Of a stretch of 64,000 nucleotides of DNA, positions 52,982-64,000 are shown one piece after another (within the stretch, counting starts at the first letter, position 1; the number at the start of each line of letters is the position of its first letter). The position numbers were made by a program, and so were the translations under genes. The stretch is from Moniliella sp. 'wahieum' (taxonomy: Eukaryota), in contig RSEE01000014.1 of assembly GCA_003971905.1 (NCBI GenBank), forward strand, positions 434,001 through 498,000, read 5' to 3'. The notes below the pieces were generated by a model. It ran no database searches. It had not been told where the DNA came from and saw nothing but the letters and a program-made list of their open reading frames with translations.

Positions 52982-53076
52982 GGGGCTCAGCGGGAATTGA
53001 ACCCGACCACCTCTATTCGAACTGAACCAGCCCGGCACGTCCCGACAGAGGCATGATACCACTACACCATGAGCCC
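52982..53076 (-). tRNA. tRNA-Pro(CGG), probable, with 25-nt intron
   Basis: GGGCTCA/TGAGCCC acceptor, TGGTGTAGTGGTATCAT D arm, CCTCT/AGAGG stem, CGGGTTCAATTCCCG T arm, downstream T-run; anticodon loop atypical. Confidence 0.75.
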
Positions 53077-53498
53077 TCGATGCTTTACGCCACCTTACAC
53101 AGCCACGGTCTCACACATAAACTCGAAGGGCACGGACACCGCAACACCACAAACCATCCGTTTTGGGCTCAATAACTCTGTATACCATAAGATACACGGT
53201 GTGTAAGTACTAAAGCTGCTATAGGGTTACTGTGGCCGACGCATCTTCAGTGGGTGTGAACCCGGTGAACGCCACAAAAATGGTTGAGATGCGCTCAACA
53301 CATGGCTTCGGAAGAGTTTACACACCCCCTGACTTTTGCAATACCCATGGGGTTATTTCTAGCCCCCTCTGTCTCCGCAAAGACTCTATAGACATCATCA
53401 AGATGATTCATCCGTGCCACACTGTAATGCGCAATCAATTCAAAGGAAAATGAAGGCGCTGATGTGATGAACTTTGGCGGAGAACCTAGGCGCAAAAG

Positions 53499-53584
53499 CG
53501 AATCCTGCCGGGGTCGAACCGACGACCATTACCATGACTCTCAGGCGAAGCCGGAAAGTAACACTTCACACTGAGCTAGGATCC
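53499..53584 (-). tRNA. tRNA-Arg(CCG)-like with 16-nt intron; D loop degenerate
   Basis: GGATCCT/AGGATTC acceptor, TTACT/GGTAA stem around TTCCGG, GTCGGTTCGACCCCGGC T arm, TTTT downstream. Confidence 0.65.
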
Positions 53585-54542
53585 TGCAACGCCTACGTGT
53601 GGCAAGGCACATGTACTTTATCGTTTCGTCGTTAATGGATCCAAGCACTAAGTGTCGCGTATGGGGGGTTGGTGCAGAGTATGGCTGAGACAGCACGAAC
53701 AGAAGCTAAGCTCACAAAATACGAAAGACGTATAGGCATTGATGGGATCTGGAGTCCGGATGGCCCTCGAGGGTGATGCAATCGCATGTGGCGGTGGTCT
53801 AGGCCAACACTCAGCAAGCCTACAGAGAACTGCAATGCTATTATTGCTTGGGGGAGGTGGAGGTCCCCACCATTTCCGCCAAACCAGCCAGGCACCCGGC
53901 TCGCGCCCTCTGATGTGGGCCGGCCTGCACGCGAGGACTCAAAGTAAGCATCCAATATTCCACGGCTGCTACGCGCTACGTGACGTGCACGCGTCGACAA
54001 ACGCCGCTCATTAAATGAGCGCGTCGCTTCCCCGCATGTCCGCGGCTTTTGGAACTAAGATTCACTCGAGTCATATGCTGCCCACCGGTAGGGTTGGGAC
54101 ACTGTGCCTGCGCCGCAGTATTGAGGCCCGCACTGGAGCAGCTAGCTGCGGGTGGTGCCTGGCTGCATCTCAACACCCCTCCTCTATCGGAGTCCGACGT
54201 AGCTGCGGCCGCGCGTCGTCGCTCCCTTTGTCTCTCCACCACCACCTCGGCCCCGTCCTCCTTCTTGCCCCAACCAGCGCTTACTGGCGACGACGTTCCC
54301 CTCGTCGCCCTCCCGACCAATCCTCTAGCGCGCGCACGCTAGCCCAATCTCGTCTTCGCCCCCTGCCAGTGCTTCACCCCCGTGGTCGCAGTGGTTCACC
54401 TTGCCTAACCGGTCCCCCTCGCCCACCTTGTCTTCTCACCAGCCCCTCCCGCAACCAACCCCCCCCCTCCTCCGCAACTTGCGCCTACGATTGTTGTGCC
54501 CTCCTCCACTGAAACCGTGTCCACCCATATCGATCACAAGCA

Positions 54543-55790
54543 ATGGCTATCAACCGTTCCCTTTCCTTTCCCCCCGTGGGGGAATCACTCGGCGTGTGCG
54601 TCGGTACCCCTTCGTCCACCCCAACCACCCCACCCCAACTGGGACAGCTTTCCTCCACCGAGCTTCTCGTTCTCGAAGCCTCAAGAGCGATCTTGCTTTC
54701 CCGTGCTTCTTTGACCCACCCCCCAATCGCTGAATCGCAGCCAGCGCGGCAGGCTTCCCACACTAAACATTCCGTCCCGTCTCCGCCTCTGCCGCTAGCT
54801 TCAGCGACGTCTTCTGGACAGCACATCAAAATTGAGCCAGTATCGCCCACGATGTTGCCACCTAACTCTCTCGCCTCTATGGCCAACGTTTTAGAAGCAC
54901 CCCAAGACTTACACCACTTATTGGACCCAATGATGCCTATGCTAGGTTCCACTTCGTCCCCTCCTATGGACCCTTCAATGTCTGCCCCTGCGCCTGTAAC
55001 TCGCATTGCTCCTCAAGATGAAACTACAACCTCTCCGCATGAAAGCGACGATGGCTATGTGACAAGTGCCGATCCCGAGGATGTCTTTTTGGGCCTTACC
55101 ACCGTCCCTTTCGATCCTAGCGCCAAGTCAACAGAAGCCCAAGCAGCCATTGCATTTGCCGCTATGTCAACACTTTCTCCTACCCCAGTAGAGAGCAATC
55201 GTATTTCTCCGCAGGTCCCCATTGGTTTCGACTTCTCTTCTCAGTCTGCATCCTTTCCCAGCCCTCTTCCTACGTTGCCCCCCATCCCAAATCCCGGATT
55301 CTTCTGGACCTCTCTGCCTCCGCTTCCGTCTTCGCTTCCAAACGGGGTTCCGGTGTCAAGTAAGAGAAGTACGGATAGTGACGCTGCCTCTCCCAGTCGT
55401 GACTCCTCCTTGGCACCGTCCAAGAAGAAGGGTCAGCGTCGTCCGCGCAAGGCATCTGAACTTCTCCCAGTGGATGCACCGGTTCAAAAAACGCACCTAT
55501 TATGGTGCAAGCCAGACATCTCGTCGAGACTATGGTCGTACGCATGAGGAGGTGGAGGAGACGTCGCCGAGTACTGCCCCTCCTACCTCTTCGGATCCTG
55601 CCGTCTCTGCGCTCTTGGAGCGAAGGCACAAAAACACGATTGCTGCCCGTCAGTCGCGCGCCGCCGGAGGGCGGAGGAGCTTTCGCAGCTCAAGGCAGAG
55701 AATGAGCGGTTGACGGCTGAGTTGGCTACTGCTCGAGCTGCATTAGCTGCTTTTCAGGTTCGCTTTTCCCTTTCGCTTCCTCCCGCTTGA
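54543..55790 (+). CDS. bZIP transcription factor, Gcn4/Cpc1-like; frameshifted; start uncertain
   Basis: ERRHKNTIAARQSRA basic region followed by ELSQLKAENERLTAELATARAAL zipper; upstream LLPVDAPVQKRTYYGASQTSRR. Confidence 0.72.
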
Positions 55791-56432
55791 TGTGGATTCC
55801 GTTTCTATGTTTCTTAAGCTTCCGTTTGCTTTTCTTTTTCTCTTCTGTTCAACGTTGATCCTTTTGTGCCTCTATCCGATCGTGACCTTTCTGAGCGGTT
55901 CTTGTTCCATGTCCTTGCCGCGTAACAATAATATAAAAAAGTATGTTTCCTTTGACACTTTCGTCATGCTTGGGGATGAACGACGGTCTGGAGGCATGAG
56001 GGGGGGGGGGGTCAAAGTTGGGCAGTAGAGGTGGTTCGCGAACAGAGACGGGGACCCAGCTGTGACACATGGCAGGGGAGGAAAGGAGAACACGATACTG
56101 GCCCTGCGTGCGTGTGAAAGTTGAAATTGATGTTGAGCGTTCACGTTGATGCGTCATGCATCCCACTCAGATATCATGCATCACGGGCATTGGCTCGTGC
56201 CGGGTGGAGGCGGCTCGGCTGCCGAGGCTGCTGCCGTTGGTTGTGAGTGGCGACCACTCCTTGGCTTCATTAAGGCACCTGGCTTCGAGGTTGTTGCCCA
56301 GCGCCCCTTTCTCTCCGCCCCTGCCATCGCACCACCACCACCACCACCACCACCACCACTACCACCCTCGGCCAACCACCGCCTCCTCCCGTTGCGCTCT
56401 CTTTCATCGCTCACTGCAGCCCAGCACCCCGC

Positions 56433-59237
56433 ATGGCCTCTCTCGTCTTCATCGTCTATCGCCGCCCCGCAGTGGGCGTCGCCTTACTCCGCCACCACTC
56501 TCCTTCCTTCCTCGCCTGCACCCACATCCGCGCCTCCATCCACATCCGCGCCCGCACCCGCGCCCGCACCAGCATCCGAAGCCACATCCGCACCTTCACC
56601 TGCACCTGCAGCCGCACCGGTGCCTGCATCCCCAAGTCAGGCGCTCTCCCTCCCAGACCCACCCAATCTGTCCTTGCCATCTATTGTTCCTCTCTCCAGG
56701 TCTTCCTCTGCGTCAAGAAGGGGACACCCTGATACCCGTGAACGAACCCACTCGGTTGATCATGCTCGCCTGTACTCCACCCGCTCCCATTCTCCTTCTC
56801 AACCCGCCCGTCCTCGCTCTCATACTGGCCCCTATCCCCGGCTACACCCAGTTTCCTCCAGCGTGCTTCCCGTTCACAACTTACCTGATGCGGCCGGCCA
56901 TTCGGGTGATATGAGCCGGGTCCTCATTTCCTTGTTACGCAGAGAAAGGAGGAGGGTAGCACACAGGACACTCCCGATCCCGACACGGTCTTGCGCGAGG
57001 CGGTGCCCGCCGTAGGGGGGGCAACAGAGGGAGTGAATGGGCATCTTCGTTGTTCCATCTGCCTCGGGCTGTTTGTGCGCCCCTACACGGCTGCGCAGGG
57101 GTGTGGCATACCTACTGCCAGACATGCTTGCTCCGCACTTTTCTTGCCGCGGAAGAGCGAATCGAGACGCAAGCACGGCAAGAGAGCCAGGCATTTGTGG
57201 ATCAAGAGCAACGTTTTCTCCTTGCTTCCTATCGCTCTCGCCCCGAAGGTGTTGGAGAGGAGAGACTACTCCAGCTCCCGTCGCCACCCCTGGAAAGGCC
57301 TCCCCACGGGCCGATGGTTCAACCGCTGCAAGGCCCCGAGCAGTCACCAACCGCCATGCAGGAGAGGCTACGCATCCTCCTTTCCCTCTCCGTGCCATGT
57401 CCGACCTGCCGTGCCCCTCTTACCTTAAATGACCTGGCTCCTTCTCCTCCCATCGTCCGCCATATGGTGGACAGCCTACCAGTTCTATGCCCCTACCAAA
57501 CGAGGGCTGTGCTTGCACCCCTGAACGAAGCGAGCTGTTAGCTCACATGGCGACCTGTGCCCACTCCCACCCTGCTAACAGCATCACGACCACGAACCCG
57601 ATGGAGAGGAGGGGGGCAAGTCTGTTGCCTGTCCGAGCTGCCACCAACCACTGGAAGGCATGCCCCTCTCGCGCCACCGCCGACGAATTTGCTCGCAGAC
57701 AGAGGTGGTATGCCCATTGTGCCGAGAGAGTGGCATTCTTCGCGGCATGCTACAAGGCCATTTGACCAACGAATGTGCTTCGGGTCCGGTTCAGTGTCCA
57801 CGGGCCAAATACGGGTGTTTGTGGGAAGGGAAACGTGTGTTGTGCCCCGATGGCTTATCCACACTCACAGCGGCTCAACTCCGTGATAATATTCACGTCT
57901 CTCGCCCTCCCAAACCCGAACATCATGGCCACCCGGGTGCAGGGGATGCACTAGATGGGGACACCCCTTCTCGTTGCTCAGGTCTCCAGCCCGACCTCTT
58001 GGTTCCTCCAAAACAGGGACCGGACTGCAAGGGAGCCGCGCCTGTGCCCACCTGGACCACATCTGTTTATGACTCTGACACGCATATATGCCCTTTAGCA
58101 CCTCTTGAGGGCTGGCTTCAGGCGCATCAGCAAGAGATGGACCAGATGAAAATGGAAAACGCACTGCTTCGTTCGTCCTTGAAGCAGGTACAAGAAACGT
58201 TAACAGCGTTGGCGATCAACTCGGACCGACATGAGGCGGCTCTGGGACCCTTCTTGCCCCCGCCTTCTACGGCCGTTGGTCCTCCGGCCAGCACCAGTGC
58301 CAGTTTAGCCTCGCTCGTGGACGATTTGTTGGCCCCACCTCCCCCGTCTACCCAGGCTCGGTCGGAGGCAACAGACGATTCTGTCAGTTCCTCCCACCTC
58401 GGAGCCGTCGCTATGGGTCCTAGCCCCCAGTCAAGCCAACAACCGCCAAGTCCGAGCCGCGACCGCTCCTCCGTCCCGGTCCCGATGCCCATGCGACACG
58501 AACGAACCAATTCGACGGGGTATGGACCGCGTTCGCCAGCGCGAGGTCAGGGTGCTCTCTCGGCCTCGGCACCGGCTGTGGTCGATGCGGACCTGCCGTC
58601 TCAAGGAGCGGAGTGGGGAAGCTGGACTGGAGCCGAAGCCAGGTGGCCTCCATCTGTTGGGCGTGCGCCTGCTCTGTTCTCGGGGAACACAGGCCAACCA
58701 GGTCCTGCTTCGCGCGATTTGGCCCAGGAACTGGCCGAGTTGCGCACAAGCGTTCAGGGTCTTACCGGCCGCTTGACGATGGGCGAGACGCGGACCGAAC
58801 AAGTATTTCGTTTGGCCCAAGGCACAAATGCTGAGACGGCGCGTTTGGTAGAAGAAACTGCGGGACTCGGGAGAATGCTGGGACCACTGCACATGCAGAT
58901 GCATCAGGTACGGTACCCCCTCCTCCTCCCCTTTTCTGCCCTTGCTACTTGCTAACTTTTGCCTGCTGTGTAGATTATGATGCAAACCCAACGTTCCTGT
59001 CCCCCAATGTTTATGCCACGCCCATCTGGTGTCGAAGCTGCGGGAGGAATGCACATCCCTTGGTCGGGCGGAGCGGGGCCAGGGGCAACCACCGGGCCCA
59101 TGGGACCCATGGGACCTACTACCCCCGCAGGGATGGGGCCAGGGGTAGGACCGGGAGTGGGGCCGAGCTCCCTACTACCTACAGCAGGAGCAGCACAGTT
59201 CCGGAGATGGACGTTGCTGGACGGGACCAAGCTCTAG
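56433..59237 (+). CDS. RING plus TRAF-type zinc-finger protein (intron about 58908-58973); frameshifted; start approximate
   Basis: HLRCSICLGLFVRP..CGHTYCQTCL..CPTCR; VRHMVDSLPVLCPY..GC; CPLCRESGILRGMLQGHLTNEC; VQCPRAKYGCLWEG. Confidence 0.8.
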
Positions 59238-59729
59238 GGTGGTTGTTGGCACTGCCGCCGACATGGCCGCCTGCCACTCCCGCGGCGGGACCCAATCTCA
59301 TTCATTTCCTTTTGACTGGTTACTAGTTACTCTGCACCTGATTACATCCCTTCGTCTGGGGCTGAAGCTTGTCCAAGTCCGAAGACCGCATCGATCGACA
59401 TCTGACCCTGATACCACCCACTCCTGTTCGCTTGTGTGAAGAAGCTCTCCACAAATGTAATGTTCAGCTAGTAATGACGTTCATCGATCAGCTGTTGGCA
59501 GCCTGCCCGCTCTGACAGCGAGTTAAACGTTAAACGTTAAACTGAGCAGCCTGGGCCGGGCTGTTATCTCGGCCAGCTTAAATCTATTCCGTGCCCATAC
59601 CATGGGATAGAAATCTCGGAATCCACGGCCGGAGACGGCGACAACCCGGCCGAAGCATTTGATTCAGCAAGCGGAAATGGGTTGGCGGGTAAAAGTGCTG
59701 CTGTTTCCTTGGGGGGTTTTGGTCCAGAT

Positions 59730-59781
59730 TGAGTCATGTGACGCCCTGAGGCCTGAGGCAGTCTACCAAAGTGGACACGTG
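59730..59781. promoter_or_regulatory. Candidate Gcn4/AP-1 site (TGAGTCA) and E-box (CACGTG) upstream of MET3
   Basis: TGAGTCA at 59730-59736 overlapping TCATGTGAC; CACGTG at 59776-59781; short motifs that could be chance. Confidence 0.35.
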
Positions 59782-60002
59782 TTTGTAATGCTGAGCTCAG
59801 CCATGGCACGCAGGCTAGAGAGGCCACGGGCCTACGCGTGAGCTCAGGCTGAGCCAGTGATGACATTCTGTTTTCCGGCCAGGCATGACCAATGTGACCC
59901 GGCCAATGGTGGGTGATGCGTAGTCTGGCAGCCTCCGTGGTCGAACCTCGCTGCCTTGCGTCAAACGCAGGCACGGCGCCTGCCCCGCCCAGTGTCATTT
60001 AA

Positions 60003-61945
<1,943 letters not shown>

Positions 61946-62752
61946 ACTCGCCTAGCCACTTCTGTTCCCATGTGTACTCTATAATGTGATGCGCGTTATC
62001 ACATGTGCACTGCATGTCATCCCTCTGGCCTCTCTATGTTTACAGCGCAAGACAGTCTATAGATGGGAAGACCCAATACATAGCCCTCTCTTCCTTTTCC
62101 TTTTTGCGGGTGTGTGGGCCCCCAGAGGAAAAGAAAGATGTGCCCGCCGATCTTTGCGAAGAGGATGGCTGGGTAACTGTTCTAGGCATTTGCAAAACGC
62201 AAGCAGGCACGTCAAGCTCGTCAAGCCAGTACCTGGGACACATTCAAGATCGTTCTTCCTCTGACTATGGCGATACTCGGGGTATCTAAACGACGCTCTA
62301 TAAAATAGTTGAACACACCGGAAATACTACCTGCGGAGAGTCTCTCATTGTGGAGATGGTTCGTCGCTCATATCCGCCACGCTCTTCCGCATCGAGTCGC
62401 GTTGCATTCGATGCAGAAACGAATGAAGGTAGCCTTTGCCTCCTGATTGGGTGGGCGCTAAGCTGAACTCAAACGCCCGAAGAGGGAGTTTGAGAGGCCT
62501 CCCTGAGGGGCCTGATGATTCGCTTTTCGCAAGTCGGCCACAACACTTGCAATGGCAACGTAATCATTTTTGAACTGGCCCAGGGCGTCCACCGATGTCC
62601 ACCTGATAGGGCGGAATGGACGGCGACCATTCCGCTGCGGGCCTTGGGGTGTTCAACGTTCAACGTTTCACGTTCAACTACGAAAGTCGTCAATGCCTTT
62701 CGTCGTCCATTCGGCCTTCCAGCCTGCCCATCACCATCGCAATCTCTTGTCC

Positions 62753-64000
62753 ATGGCGTCCACCCTGTCACTGCCACCGCCCCAACATGGTGCACCGGAT
62801 GATGCGGACGGGGCGCCGCCGCTCCCTCCCCCGCATCTGCTGCGCAACGCTTTGCCGCTGGCCAGCTCATCCTCCCGCCTCCCAGCATGCGCACCCTGAT
62901 CGACAAGACTGCCACTACATCGCCCGCAATGGTCCTGGCTTCGAGGAATCCCTGCGAAAATCTGATGCCGAAAAAAAGGAGAATCGCCTCCCATTTCTTC
63001 TCCCAACTGACCCATACCATGCGTATTTTTCCCACACACTTGACCGTATTCGCCGCGGCGAGCCTCTCGATCCAGTCGGCATTCCTGGCGCGCCTGAGGG
63101 GCAGGTCTTGCAAGACCCCTCCGCTCTTCAGCAACAGCAGCAGACGGAGGACGAGGATTCCGAGGTTCCTCCACCTCCTTTCCTCTTTACGTCTGACATC
63201 CCGACCACCACAGCGCTCGACTTGTTAGTATCAGCTCCCTGTCCCCCGGGTCCCCACATTCCGCGTTCTCAATTGCTGACCACTGTTTGGATTGGAAACA
63301 GAGATGTGATCAAGCTTACTGCGCTTTTTACTGCGACGCGTGGACGCGAATTTGCAACTCATCTGCTCCAAACGGAGAACCAATCATACCAGTACGAATT
63401 TCTACTCTACGCCCTCCCACTCGCTCCACCCGTTCTACAATCGCTTGGTGGAACAGTACCAGCTCGTCATCGACGCGCCTAGTGCTATCCAACAGTCTCT
63501 GCGCGATGTGCCCCCAGGTGCGCCCGAGGACACGCCTGTAGATGCCGTCAAGGACCCGGCGCTGGTGGACAGCGCTCTCTTCTGCTCGCCCAAGTCCGCG
63601 CTCGCACTGCATGGGAGCTCAAGACGAGGGAGCGAGCTCGAAAGGAACAGGATGAGGCCGCGCTGGAGCGTGAGGAGTTTGAAGTGGTGGACTGGCAAGA
63701 CTTTGTGGTTGTCCAAACTGTTCGACTTTTCAGCGGAACCGAGGATGACGAGGAACTTCCCCCTCCGTTGAGCAAGCGCGATCTGGAAAACATGACTCTG
63801 GCCAGAAGAAGTTGGCTGCCATGGTGGGCGAAGAAGCTGCGGAGGAGCCGGGCACCGCGGTCGGCCGCGAGAAAGAGGATGAGGCGATGGAGATGAGAGA
63901 GGAGGAGGAGGAGGAGGAGCCGTCGTCGAAAAGTCGCCCGGCTTCCGCACCATCTGGTCCTCCTCCCCCAGGTCCTACGGCCCCTGTCGCCGATTCTGCC
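62753..64000 (+). CDS. PRP21: Splicing factor SF3a120/Prp21, runs off the window (intron 63224-63301)
   Basis: SURP domains MRTLIDKTAHYIARNGPGFEE..PFLLPTDPYHAYF and DVIKLTALFTATRGREF..HSLHPFYNRLVEQY; VDWQDFVVVQT. Confidence 0.92.

Noticed and set aside
53069..53076. tRNA-Pro 5' end (GGGCTCAT) as primer for the copia PBS
   Set aside because: Only 8 nt and at a 5' end that cannot prime; tRNAiMet gives the full 12-nt match

Overview
This is eukaryotic fungal DNA, most likely a basidiomycete of the smut or Ustilaginomycotina type (inferred from short GT..AG introns with CTRAC branch sites, intron-containing tRNAs and protein similarity; the species is not identifiable by eye). Recognisable genes are a Vam7-like PX-SNARE, thioredoxin, urate oxidase, a Usv1-like C2H2 factor, an ankyrin protein, a Zn2Cys6 factor, a second C2H2 factor, MUS81, OST2/DAD1, COX5A, DPH6, a Gcn4-like bZIP, a RING/TRAF zinc-finger protein, MET3 and the start of PRP21. 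There are also three intron-containing tRNAs, a decayed Ty3/gypsy relic and a complete, recent Ty1/copia element (33448-38874) with a GGCGA target-site duplication. Nearly all conserved genes carry single-base frameshifts, which look like long-read indel errors, so many boundaries are approximate. The most interesting signals are: (1) a candidate gag-pol UAG readthrough cassette in the copia element (stop, 8-nt spacer, hairpin); (2) six copies of the element's polypurine-tract/LTR junction 11-mer inside it; and (3) intergenic DNA built from short palindromic words, with long exact motifs recurring upstream of unrelated genes.
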